Positions 1 through 9,280 of a stretch of DNA of 64,000 bases are shown here, one piece after another (position 1 is the stretch's first letter; each line of letters starts with the position of its first letter). The notes under the pieces were generated by a model. That model was not told the DNA's origin. It was given only the letters and a program-made list of their open reading frames with translations, and did no database searches. The DNA is from Vulcanimicrobiota bacterium (GTDB taxonomy: Bacteria; Vulcanimicrobiota; SpSt-956; JAKJGF01). The DNA lies in NCBI GenBank assembly GCA_040217695.1, contig JBEHWO010000002.1, positions 8,538-72,537 on the forward strand, given 5' to 3'. A program made the position numbers and the translations under genes.

Positions 1-857
1 TACCGGAGGAAAGCCTTGAAGAAATATTTTCACCTTTCACGCAGCTGGGAGACCATCTCAGAAAAGCCGAAGGAACAGGGCTGGGACTTACTATAACACG
101 GAATCTGATTAAACTGATGGGAGGAAAACTGAAGGTAGAAAGCCTTTATGGTAAAGGCAGTAAATTCCGGTTCGAAATAGAACTTCCCGAAATATCCGGC
201 CTTAACTATTATCAGGTAAGTAATGAGGATATAATCACCGGATATAAAGGGAGAAAAAGAAGGATTCTCGTTGTTGACGATAAATTTGAAAACAGGATGG
301 TTCTGTCTGACATATTAAACAGATCGGGATTTTATGTAGAAGAAGCGGAACTCGGCATAGAATGTCTGGAGAAATTAGACAGTTTCAGGCCGGATCTGAT
401 TTTTATGGACTTAATTATGCCCCATATGGATGGCTATGAAAGTACCAGAAAAATCAGGGAAAATAACGCATATAAGGAGATAAAGATTATTGCCATATCG
501 GCAGGTAAATTGGATAAACCTGTTAACGAACTCATAGAGATTGGATTTGATGACTGGATTACAAAACCATTTCTTTACAATGATTTATTTACCATATTAA
601 TGAAACATCTCAGACTGGAACCGGAATATAAAAAAGAAGAAGAAAAATTTATACTTCCTCCCGCTGAATTAATAGAACATTTATATAACATGTCTATGGG
701 AAGTAATTTTAAGCTTATAAGGCAGGAGCTGGAGAAAATTAAAGATTTAAATAAAGATTATATGGCTTTTTACAGAAAAATTAAAGAACTGGCCGATGGT
801 TTCGAGATAGAGAACATGAGGAGTTTACTGGAAACATATCTGGAGGCAGTGAAATGA
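1..857 (+). CDS. Hybrid sensor histidine kinase, C-terminal part (5' end lies outside the window): HATPase_c lid, receiver domain and a helical tail
   Basis: Frame 3 is open from base 3 (PEESLEEIFSPFTQLG..GTGLGLTITRNLIKLMGGKLKVES, a G2/ATP-lid box). A REC signature follows: RILVVDDKFENR..DLIFMDLIMPHMDG..IIAISA. The stop overlaps the next ATG (ATGA). Confidence 0.85.
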   Translation, partial: PEESLEEIFSPFTQLGDHLRKAEGTGLGLTITRNLIKLMGGKLKVESLYGKGSKFRFEIELPEISGLNYYQVSNEDIITGYKGRKRRILVVDDKFENRMVLSDILNRSGFYVEEAELGIECLEKLDSFRPDLIFMDLIMPHMDGYESTRKIRENNAYKEIKIIAISAGKLDKPVNELIEIGFDDWITKPFLYNDLFTILMKHLRLEPEYKKEEEKFILPPAELIEHLYNMSMGSNFKLIRQELEKIKDLNKDYMAFYRKIKELADGFEIENMRSLLETYLEAVK

Positions 858-1978
858 AAGACAATATTATTGAAGGTTCAAAAATTTTGATTATTGATGA
901 TCAACCGGGGAATTTAGGCATACTTTTTGATTATCTGGATATGTTTAATGCAGAGATCATACTGGAACAGAACACTGAAATTGCTCTAAAAATCGCTGAA
1001 AGTAAAAAACCTGATCTTATACTCCTTGATATTATAATGCCTGAAATGAATGGTTTTGAAGTCTGTAAAAAGTTAAAGGAACATATAAAAACAAAGGACA
1101 TTCCCGTTATTTTTATGAGTGCTCTCAACGATACTGATAGTATTGTAAAGGGCTTTAATGCCGGAGGGGTAGATTATATAGTAAAACCTGTACGTCAGGA
1201 AGAGGTAATAGCCAGAATTACAAACCATTTAAGGATTATTCGCGCAGAACATGAACTCAGAGAAAAGGCAAAACATGATTGTATGACCATTATGGCAGGA
1301 GGAATATGTCATAATTTTAACAATATCCTCATGGGAATAATGGGACGTGCAGAACTCAGTCTGCTGGATCTTCCCGAAGATTCGCCTGTGGCATATAATA
1401 ATCGGATTATTGTAAATCTCTGTGAACGTGTGTCCGGTATGACTAGAAAAATACTTGATTATTCAGGACATGGTCGATTTATGCCGGAGAGAACAGATCT
1501 TTTTACTATGGTTAAAGAAGTGTCTGAATTATTAAACATATCTGTTTCTAAAAAAATATTATTAAAATACGATTTAGCGGCAGATCTTCCGGTACTTCAG
1601 ATTGACAGGGATCTTATAAGTCAGAGCCTTATAAATCTTGTTACCAATTCCTCTGAATCTATCGGAGACAATGAAGGGACTATTACCGTAAAAACAGGTT
1701 CCATGGTGTGTAATAGAGAATACCTGTCGTCATGTCATATTAAAGGAGACCACAGAGAAGGACTTTATGTATATCTGGAAGTAAAAGATACAGGATGCGG
1801 TATAGAAGAAGAGAATCTGAATAAGATTTTCGATCCCTTTTTCAGTACAAAATTTACCGGCAGAGGTCTCGGACTTGCCGCAGTTTACGGAATCATTAAA
1901 AATCATAAAGGAACAATAAAAGTTGAAAGTAATTCAGAAAAAGGAACATGTATAAAATTACTTTTCCCCGTTAAATAA
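854..1978 (+). CDS. Response-regulator receiver fused to a histidine kinase (REC-HisKA-HATPase_c)
   Basis: REC motifs KILIIDDQPGN..DLILLDIIMPEMNGFE..IFMSA. H-box-like HNFNNILMGIMGRAEL. G-boxes DTGCGI..FDPFFSTK..GRGLGLAAVYGIIKNHKGTIKVES. Confidence 0.85.
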   Translation: MKDNIIEGSKILIIDDQPGNLGILFDYLDMFNAEIILEQNTEIALKIAESKKPDLILLDIIMPEMNGFEVCKKLKEHIKTKDIPVIFMSALNDTDSIVKGFNAGGVDYIVKPVRQEEVIARITNHLRIIRAEHELREKAKHDCMTIMAGGICHNFNNILMGIMGRAELSLLDLPEDSPVAYNNRIIVNLCERVSGMTRKILDYSGHGRFMPERTDLFTMVKEVSELLNISVSKKILLKYDLAADLPVLQIDRDLISQSLINLVTNSSESIGDNEGTITVKTGSMVCNREYLSSCHIKGDHREGLYVYLEVKDTGCGIEEENLNKIFDPFFSTKFTGRGLGLAAVYGIIKNHKGTIKVESNSEKGTCIKLLFPVK

Positions 1979-2065
1979 TTATTTGACTTTGTCATACGTT
2001 TTGTGTATACCTCTGTTAAATCCTTATTTCATGGTAAGTTTACACAAAATATCTAACAGTATCAA

Positions 2066-3652
2066 TTATTTTCTGTCATGATTTAACCACACGGTAAGCT
2101 GCGGGAAAGCAATGAAAATGCCTTTCGAATAAAATTCATTTTTTATTCTTAAAAACAGCTCTCTCTTCATCTGCCATTGTTCGCTCGGCGCAGTTTTAAG
2201 GAGCATACGGAGTTTTACTGACGATTCAGCCAGTTCATTTACTCCGAGCATTACAGGATCTTCAAGTATTTTCTCAGGATGATCTTCTTTCAATTTCTTT
2301 CCCGTGGCAATCATAATATCCATTGCATGTTTCAAATCCGTATCATAGGCGACACCTATGATACAATCAATCTGGCTCCAGGTAGAAGAGAAATTTTCCA
2401 CGGCACGGATAGAAGAATTTGGCATTGTAATAAGAGATCCTCCCATATCGCGAATTCTGGTAATTCTCATATTAAAATACTCCACTGTTCCCGTAAAATT
2501 ACCAGATCTGATAACATCTCCCACGGCGAATTGATCCTCTATGACAATAAAAGTACCTGCTATAACATCTTTAAGGAGATCCTGTGCGGCAAGGCCAATT
2601 CCTACACCGATAATTCCCGCTCCTGTAAGGCCTGTGGCAAGATCCACATGGAGTGATTTGAGAAAAAGCAATCCACCGATAATATAAATACCTGCTCTGA
2701 AAAACATAGCAATAACCAGTCTATACATTGTAATCCTGTGTGCTGCCCTTGCATCTTCTACTATTTCATGTCCTCTGAGTTTTTTCGCAAGATCAAAATA
2801 ATGCTTTATAAAAATATCCAGAGGTTTTGCAAGTATATTGATTATTACAAGTATAACAGACAGTGTCAGAGCCGGATTTAAAATATAATCTCCAATACCT
2901 TTCGCCCAGGAACGGCTCGTAGGGAAAACCCAGAATATATAGGAAAGAACCATAAGCCATATAAGAAATACAGCAAAGTAAGCAGGCCTCTTAATCCATC
3001 TGTGCCATATAATGACAGAGATTACAGAGATCAGTATTCCCGTAATAATAGCTATTACAGAATCTCTGAAGGCTTCTCTTGCGTAGTCTTCACTTTTTTC
3101 CTTTAATGCAGTTTCCAGGCCATGTTCAAGTTCATCACGCCACAGTGCGGCGAGCTGGCTTACAGAGGTTTTGTTATAAGAAGCATCGTTATTTGTGATA
3201 GAAATAAGGTATACTCCTTCACTTTCAAGGACAGGTGTACCGTCAACAGTGTTGACTTTAACAAAAGGAGTTGTTTTTGTCCTTTCCAGGACTTCTTCCA
3301 GCCTTTTTTCAAGGATATATGCCCTTTCTGAAGCGCTCAATCCTGAATCTGAATAGATTTTAAATAGAGGTCTGTAATAGAGCATAACAGTTGCTTCGTC
3401 AGTTATCCGCGTAGCAGAAGGTAAAGGAGTAGAAGGAACAGGTATCTGAGTCGATACAGGTACAGGAGGTAAAATAACAACAGGTGTTTGAGTGGCATGA
3501 GGTTTTGAAGATGGATGAGCAGATGGCGATGGATTGTTCGGCTCATTTTCTGGCTGAGAAGGAACAGAACTTTCCCGGGCCATTACAGAAAAAAAGCAGA
3601 GAGAGAAAAGTATTATTATTAAAATTATTATAAATTTTCTATGGAACTTCAT
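2066..3652 (-). CDS. MscS-family mechanosensitive channel with a signal peptide, a Pro/Ser-rich linker and an extracytoplasmic N-domain
   Basis: 528-aa ORF with an N-terminal hydrophobic leader. MscS core GAGIIGVGIGLAAQDLLKDVIAGTFIVIEDQFAVGDVI..GTVEYFNMRITRIRDMGG. Paralogue of 24585-26159. Confidence 0.85.
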   Translation of the reverse strand: MKFHRKFIIILIIILFSLCFFSVMARESSVPSQPENEPNNPSPSAHPSSKPHATQTPVVILPPVPVSTQIPVPSTPLPSATRITDEATVMLYYRPLFKIYSDSGLSASERAYILEKRLEEVLERTKTTPFVKVNTVDGTPVLESEGVYLISITNNDASYNKTSVSQLAALWRDELEHGLETALKEKSEDYAREAFRDSVIAIITGILISVISVIIWHRWIKRPAYFAVFLIWLMVLSYIFWVFPTSRSWAKGIGDYILNPALTLSVILVIINILAKPLDIFIKHYFDLAKKLRGHEIVEDARAAHRITMYRLVIAMFFRAGIYIIGGLLFLKSLHVDLATGLTGAGIIGVGIGLAAQDLLKDVIAGTFIVIEDQFAVGDVIRSGNFTGTVEYFNMRITRIRDMGGSLITMPNSSIRAVENFSSTWSQIDCIIGVAYDTDLKHAMDIMIATGKKLKEDHPEKILEDPVMLGVNELAESSVKLRMLLKTAPSEQWQMKRELFLRIKNEFYSKGIFIAFPQLTVWLNHDRK

Positions 3653-3828
3653 AGAAAGAAATTCTTCTAAAATAAATATTTTTCCTGCTAAATCTTTAAT
3701 ATTCCCATTTTCAGAGAGAGGAACTGGCAGAAGAGATTATAAAGCTGATTTTACTTAAAAAAATAATAAATATGAGAGAAAGGAGGTATAAAGAACTTCT
3801 ATTGATACCACATAATGACAGACTGATA

Positions 3829-3927
3829 TATACCAAAGTATAACTTCACACAAACTATTCACTGTTTTTTCAGTCAAATTACCTATACTAAAGGATATAT
3901 TTCTTTATTTCCAATAAGCTGTATAAT
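3829..3927 (+). promoter_or_regulatory. Dual-box promoter module P1 (box A, box B, TATAAT) upstream of the GH63-like gene
   Basis: Box A tataccaaagtata 3829-3842. Box B tatactaaaggata 3884-3897, 55 nt later. tataat 3922-3927, 38 nt after the start of box B. No TTGACA-like -35. Confidence 0.55.
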
Positions 3928-3931
3928 ATAT

Positions 3932-4030
3932 TTACTGACCTAAGCATAAGCATGTAATAAAATTTTTTCCTCCCGTTACGCGTCACGCGTCACGAGAGCA
4001 GTTATGTATTATTTATGCTCACCTCAGTAA
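3932..4030. mobile_element. MITE-like repeat element, copy 1 (about 99 bp, TIR TTACTGAnnTGAGCATAA, CGTCACG heptamer core)
   Basis: ttactgacctaagcataagcatg..cctcccgttacgcgtcacgcgtcacgagagc..ttatgctcacctcagtaa. It is the reverse complement of the copies at 46312, 47238 and 56911. Confidence 0.7.
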
Positions 4031-4103
4031 TAAAACGATAGTGGGGAATTTTTTATCGGAGAATAATCAGGTAAACTATAATAAAATAAAGGAGATGCTC
4101 GTT

Positions 4104-6815
4104 ATGGCTCAAAAAACCCATGCAAATGAAGAAAAAAGACTTAAAGAAACAAAAGAAAAAAAGATACCATGGAAAAAATGGGGGCCCTATCTTTCAGATA
4201 GGCAGTGGGGTACTGTAAGGGAAGATTACAGCAGTGACGGAAATGCCTGGGATTATTTCCCCCATGATCAGTCCCGCTCCAGAGCATACAGATGGGGAGA
4301 AGACGGACTGGGAGGCATAAGTGATGAAAGACAGAACCTCTGTTTTGCCCTTGCCCTGTGGAACGGACAGGATGGGATAATCAAGGAAAGACTCTTCGGC
4401 CTCACAAACAGCGAGGGAAACCACGGAGAAGATGTAAAGGAATATTATTATTACCTTGACAGCACTCCAACCCATTCCTACATGAAATACCTCTATAAAT
4501 ATCCCCAGGATCCTTTCCCCTATGGACAGCTTATCAAAAAGAACAGGGAACTTACAAGACATGATTTCGAATATGAACTCATAAATACAGGAGTTTTCGA
4601 CAGAAACCGTTATTTTGATGCCTTTGTGGAATATGCCAAAAAAGACCCGGAGGAAATCTTAATAAAAATTACCATTCATAACAGAGGAGATATGGAGTGG
4701 ACTCTCCATGTAATGCCCACTCTATGGTTTCGGAATACATGGTCATGGTCTCAAGGTGCAGAGAGGCCGGAATTGAAAGAAGTAAAATCTTCTGTCATTA
4801 AGGCTTCCCACCCGGAACTTGGTGACAGGTACCTATACTGTGAAGGCTCTCCTGAACTTCTATTTACGGAAAATGAGACGAACATGGAGCGTATCTTCAA
4901 CAGAAAGAGCAGAACTCCCTATGTAAAAGACGGAATAAATAATTATGTAGTCTACGGAAAAAAAGAGGCAGTAAATCCGCAGAAAAGAGGGACAAAAGCA
5001 TCACCTTACTATGTCCTCAAAATAGCTCCCGGCAAGGCATCTGTCATAAGATTATGTCTCTCTGATAAAGGTCTTTCAGATTCTGGTAAAATATTTGAAA
5101 ATTTTGAAGATATAATGAAAACCCGTGTGGAAGAAACAGATGAATTTTATGAAACCATATCTCCTCCATCTCTTACGAAAGATGAAAAGAACGTAATGAG
5201 ACAGGCTCTTTCCGGAATGCTCTGGTCAAAACAGTTCTTCAATTTTGATCTTGATACATGGCTCAAAGAACATGGAGTGGATCCATTTAAGACCTTAAAA
5301 GCCTCGGGGGTAAGAAACAGCGAATGGCATCATATGATAAATGAAGATGTTGTATCCATGCCTGATAAATGGGAATATCCCTGGTATGCAGCATGGGATC
5401 TGGCCTTTCATACACTCGCCCTCGGCATGGTAGATATTGATTTTGCAAAAAGCCAGCTTGCTCTGATGCTGAAAGAAACCTATCTTCATCCCCATGGACA
5501 GATACCTGCCTATGAATGGAATTTCAGTGATGTAAATCCTCCGGTACATCCCTGGGCAACTATTTATCTCTACAGAATGGAAAAGGAACTTCATGGCAAA
5601 GCAGATATAAATTTCTTAAAACAGATGTTCACAAAACTTACATTAAACTTTTCCTGGTGGGTTAATAAAAAGGACAGAGGAGGAAGGAATATTTACGAAG
5701 GAGGCTTCCTGGGCCTTGATAATATAGGTATATTTGACAGGAGTTCTCCCCTTCCTACAGGAGGTTATCTTGAACAGGCAGATGCTACGGGATGGGTTGC
5801 CCTTTTTGCCCAGAATATGGTTGAAATAGGCCTTGAACTTGTCATGCATGATCCGACCTATGAAGATATGGTAATTAAATTTGTGGAACATCTTCTCTGG
5901 ATAGGCAATTCCATTTACAGACTCGGTGAACATTCGGAAGGCATGTGGGATGAAAAAGACGGATTTTTCTATGATGTATTGAGACTGCCTGACGGAAGCA
6001 GCCGCAGAATGAAGGTACGTTCTATGGTAGGACTTCTTCCTCTATGTGCCACAACTACAATATCTGCTGAAATGCTGGAGAAATTACCCCATCTTCTGGC
6101 CAGGGCAAAGAAGAGGGCTGAAAGATTACCGGAACTAAAGAAAGCCCTCACTTATATGGGGAAACCAGGTTTTAACGGAAACACTCTTCTGGCTCTTATT
6201 GATGAAGGGAAACTCAGGCGCATACTAAATAAATTACTCGATGAAAATGATTTTTTAAGCACATACGGCATAAGGGCTCTTTCCCGTTATCATCTTGAAC
6301 ATCCCTATGTCGTAAATATAAAGGGCCAGGAATTCCGTGTAGATTATGTTCCTGCAGAATCTGACACAGGCATGTTCGGAGGCAATTCAAACTGGAGGGG
6401 GCCCATATGGTTCCCCATGAATCTGCTCATTCTCAGGGGTCTCCTTATGTTCTACGGTTATTTCGGGAATGATTTTAAGGTAGAATGTCCCACAGGTTCA
6501 GGCATAAAAATGAATTTATTTGAAGTAACCCTGGAAATTGCCAGACGCCTTTCAAACATATTCCTGAAAGATGAACATGGTTTAAGGCCTGTTTACGGAG
6601 GGGCAGATAAATTCCAGAATGATCCCCATTTCCGTGATTATCTGTTATTTTATGAATATTTCCACGGAGACAATGGCGCAGGTATCGGTGCAAGCCATCA
6701 AACAGGCTGGACAGGACTTGTAGCAAGACTTATTCAGACTCTCGGCTTTGCCAATGCAGATAAATTACTCGGCGAGGGTGCTGCAAAAGGCGTAACTGCT
6801 TATAAAAAAAGTTAA
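4104..6815 (+). CDS. GH63-like (MGH1-type) glycoside hydrolase / glucosidase
   Basis: The long ORF is open from 4041. The ATG at 4104 sits 9 nt after AAGGAG. The N-terminal signature WGPYLSDRQWGTVREDYS..AWDYFPHDQSRSRAYRWGEDG..ERLFGLTN.EGNHGEDVKEYYYYLD and an (alpha/alpha)6-type C-terminus are recalled from this family. Confidence 0.75.
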   Translation: MAQKTHANEEKRLKETKEKKIPWKKWGPYLSDRQWGTVREDYSSDGNAWDYFPHDQSRSRAYRWGEDGLGGISDERQNLCFALALWNGQDGIIKERLFGLTNSEGNHGEDVKEYYYYLDSTPTHSYMKYLYKYPQDPFPYGQLIKKNRELTRHDFEYELINTGVFDRNRYFDAFVEYAKKDPEEILIKITIHNRGDMEWTLHVMPTLWFRNTWSWSQGAERPELKEVKSSVIKASHPELGDRYLYCEGSPELLFTENETNMERIFNRKSRTPYVKDGINNYVVYGKKEAVNPQKRGTKASPYYVLKIAPGKASVIRLCLSDKGLSDSGKIFENFEDIMKTRVEETDEFYETISPPSLTKDEKNVMRQALSGMLWSKQFFNFDLDTWLKEHGVDPFKTLKASGVRNSEWHHMINEDVVSMPDKWEYPWYAAWDLAFHTLALGMVDIDFAKSQLALMLKETYLHPHGQIPAYEWNFSDVNPPVHPWATIYLYRMEKELHGKADINFLKQMFTKLTLNFSWWVNKKDRGGRNIYEGGFLGLDNIGIFDRSSPLPTGGYLEQADATGWVALFAQNMVEIGLELVMHDPTYEDMVIKFVEHLLWIGNSIYRLGEHSEGMWDEKDGFFYDVLRLPDGSSRRMKVRSMVGLLPLCATTTISAEMLEKLPHLLARAKKRAERLPELKKALTYMGKPGFNGNTLLALIDEGKLRRILNKLLDENDFLSTYGIRALSRYHLEHPYVVNIKGQEFRVDYVPAESDTGMFGGNSNWRGPIWFPMNLLILRGLLMFYGYFGNDFKVECPTGSGIKMNLFEVTLEIARRLSNIFLKDEHGLRPVYGGADKFQNDPHFRDYLLFYEYFHGDNGAGIGASHQTGWTGLVARLIQTLGFANADKLLGEGAAKGVTAYKKS

Positions 6816-6838
6816 ATAAAATTAAGGAGGTTTTTATT

Positions 6839-7891
6839 ATGCACAGTGCAAAAATAAGAGTCCATTATCCTTTAGAAAAGGGAACTATTGTCCTGAGGAC
6901 AGAAAAAGACTGGAATAAAGACATATATCCTGCTGAGGTTAATGAGAAGGAGCATTATTATGAATTTGATCTGAAACATGATAAATATTATCTGAATGTC
7001 AAACCATGCATAAGAGACGGATCAGAGATCATATGGGCACAGGGAGAAAACAAACAGCCAGTTTTCGATTTAAAAACTGTTATAAATATGTATCCCTATT
7101 TTTACTCTGAACCTTCTGGGAAAATTACCAATGTTATGGAATTTTACTCAGATGTATTTAACCGTAAAAGATTGTTCCGCATCTATCTTCCTGCTGGATA
7201 TAATGAAAATCAGATGAAGAAATATCCCATAATATATATGCATGACGGGTCAAATCTCTTTTTCCCGGATGAAGCCTTCGGAGGTAGCGAATGGCAGGTA
7301 GATGAAACTCTTCACCTCCTTGACTCAATGAATATCATCGATCAGGTCATCGTAGTAGGTGTCTATGCGGCAGATAGAAATAATGAATATACAAAACCAG
7401 GCTATGAAGACTATGGTAAATTTATGGTTAATGAACTTAAACCCTGGGTAGACTCCAATCTTCGAACCCTTACGACTCCCTGGTATACTTCTATTATGGG
7501 TTCATCCCTCGGAGGGGTGGTTTCCTTCTATCTTGCCTGGGAATATCCTCATATTTTCGGATCGGCAGCGTGTTTTTCAAGCACTTTTTCCTGGAGAGAT
7601 GATCTTATTGAAAGAGTGGAAACTGATTCTTTTGAGGAAAGGAAAAATTCGAAATTTTATATTGACACAGGGTGGCCTGGAGATAATTACGAAGTGGGAT
7701 TTAAAATGGCTTCCACACTTGTTACCAGGGGATTTCGTGCTGGCAGGGATTTCATGTATCTTGTCTTCCCCATGGCAAAACACAATGAAGGTGCATGGGC
7801 CGCAAGGTTACATATACCGATACAGCTTTTTTCAGGGAAATTAAGAGCGCTCAATCTGAAGTTTCATGTTCCAGAGGCAAAGATTCATTAA
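6839..7891 (+). CDS. Alpha/beta-hydrolase 'putative esterase' family protein with an N-terminal beta-sandwich domain
   Basis: AAGGAGG lies 8 nt upstream. IYLPAGYNEN..YPIIYMHDG..W.VDE..VVGV and the nucleophile elbow MGSSLGG. Confidence 0.8.
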   Translation: MHSAKIRVHYPLEKGTIVLRTEKDWNKDIYPAEVNEKEHYYEFDLKHDKYYLNVKPCIRDGSEIIWAQGENKQPVFDLKTVINMYPYFYSEPSGKITNVMEFYSDVFNRKRLFRIYLPAGYNENQMKKYPIIYMHDGSNLFFPDEAFGGSEWQVDETLHLLDSMNIIDQVIVVGVYAADRNNEYTKPGYEDYGKFMVNELKPWVDSNLRTLTTPWYTSIMGSSLGGVVSFYLAWEYPHIFGSAACFSSTFSWRDDLIERVETDSFEERKNSKFYIDTGWPGDNYEVGFKMASTLVTRGFRAGRDFMYLVFPMAKHNEGAWAARLHIPIQLFSGKLRALNLKFHVPEAKIH

Positions 7892-7910
7892 AAGTTTTTA
7901 GATTTATAGA

Positions 7911-7938
7911 GCAGGAGTCAGCCATAGCTGTCTCCTGC
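7911..7938 (+). terminator. Hairpin downstream of the esterase gene
   Basis: gcaggagtcagc / cata / gctgtctcctgc: a 12-bp stem with one mismatch. No clear T-tract. Confidence 0.4.
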
Positions 7939-7953
7939 GCTATAAACTGTTTA

Positions 7954-7989
7954 CCATCCACCGCTATACCTCAGGTTAGCGGTGGATGG
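7954..7989. terminator. Perfect 13-bp hairpin between convergent genes
   Basis: ccatccaccgcta (7954-7966), a 10-nt loop, tagcggtggatgg (7977-7989). Confidence 0.55.
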
Positions 7990-7994
7990 TTGAC

Positions 7995-8921
7995 CTACAT
8001 TTTATAGTTGAAACCTATATTAAGAATCCAGTTTTTATCAGAGTTTGTCATACCTTTTGTTATTTTAAAAATCAACTGTTTATCTTCACTCAATTCTCTG
8101 TTATATCCGGCACCAATGGCAAGAAAACTGAAGTCAGCGTTACTGTTATCAGGAAATTCTCTTCCTATATCCATATAAAGATAGTCTTTTTCATTTAACT
8201 TACAGCCCAATTTTATAGCAGATTTTCCTTCCTGATAATAATCATCGTCACTGTCATCATCTGCGGCATAATCGACTTTATCTGTCCAGCTGCCTCTTAT
8301 GGAAATATCAAAGTCATCAGTCAATTTGTAATCAAGGGAACAGGAAAGAGTTCCAAGATAGGCATCATCGGAGAAATGTTCTGTTCCGGAAGGACATTTC
8401 GTCCCCGCCGTTACTGCCATAGATATTCTTTTTCTCCGTAAAAAATTCCATTTCAAAGCGATAGTAATATCATCAATTCCCATATAATGGTTTTTATACT
8501 GCAGAAAATCACTGTAAACTATCAGTTCCAATCTGTCCGTAAGGGTAAAACGGAGTAAAAAGGGCATAGATATTTTTGTTGGTTTATCATTTTTATAGGT
8601 AGTAATCATAGTGTCTATCTGGTACTGAAATCTATCATGAAAGAGTGTATTGGAATAGCTCAGGCTGTCATCTTTTTCTTCTTTATTTTCCGGAGAAGGA
8701 GACCCCTCTTACTGCACTGAAGGTTTATTTTGATTATCATCTAAAATTACTAAAGCTTTGCCTGAAACTTCAGAGGGATAAACAATATAATTAAACGTTA
8801 CAGGAAACGTAATATCCGGTTCTTTTGCAAAAGATCCGGCAGAACACAAAAGAATCAAAATGAGTATAGAAAATACTATTTTTTTGAAATATTTTATATA
8901 TTTTATAAAAAAATCCCCCTG
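7995..8921 (-). pseudogene. Outer-membrane beta-barrel gene (MetA-pathway/transporter-like), disrupted by an in-frame TAA and lacking a canonical start codon
   Basis: The 204-aa ORF 7995-8609 continues upstream in the same frame: ..KYFKKIVFSILILILLCSAGSFAKEPD.. (signal peptide) ..NQNKPSVQ-TAA(8711-8709)-EGSPSPENKEEKDD..TMITTYKND. No ATG, GTG or TTG lies between the upstream stop (8924-8922) and the signal peptide. Confidence 0.6.
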
Positions 8922-9064
8922 TCACAGGTGTGGGTTAAAAATTTATTTATATTTTACCATATAAAAAATTTAAAATCATTCATATAACTATACTTTTGCA
9001 GAATCTTATAAAAGCCTTATCTGTAGTGAACAGGCAATGGTTCACTACTTACCTATCATTAACC

Positions 9065-9162
9065 TATACCAAAGTATAATTAAAAATAATTTTTTTCTAT
9101 TTTTTTTACTTATTTACCTATACTAAAGTGTATATTTCTTTATTTATAATAAGGTATATAAT
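9065..9162 (+). promoter_or_regulatory. Dual-box promoter module P2
   Basis: Box A tataccaaagtata 9065-9078. Box B tatactaaagtgta 9119-9132 (54 nt). tataat 9157-9162 (38 nt). The inter-box spacer is nearly identical to that of P3. Confidence 0.55.
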
Positions 9163-9247
9163 ATATTTGTACAATTATGGACTGGAATTCAGGAAATGTC
9201 TAAAAAAATATGGATTATGCCATAGATCGTGATAATGAGAATGGAGA

Positions 9248-9272
9248 GGTTTTCTGGCACAGTTCTATAAAA
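9248..9272 (+). promoter_or_regulatory. Conserved 25-nt motif GGTTTTCTGGCACAGTTCTATAAAA, copy 1 of 2
   Basis: Near-identical to 22611-22636. Both copies lie 10-30 nt upstream of start codons of exported proteins. Confidence 0.35.
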
Positions 9273-9280
9273 CCAAGAAA

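Noticed and set aside
8709-8711. Stop-codon recoding or readthrough of the in-frame TAA in the outer-membrane barrel gene.
   Set aside because: TAA is the terminator of many unambiguous genes in this window, and the gene also lacks a start codon. Pseudogenisation is the simpler explanation.
9248-9272. Calling the TGGCAC-containing motif a sigma54 promoter.
   Set aside because: The -24 element fits, but the -12 position reads TATA instead of TTGC in both copies. The motif is kept only as an unexplained conserved motif.
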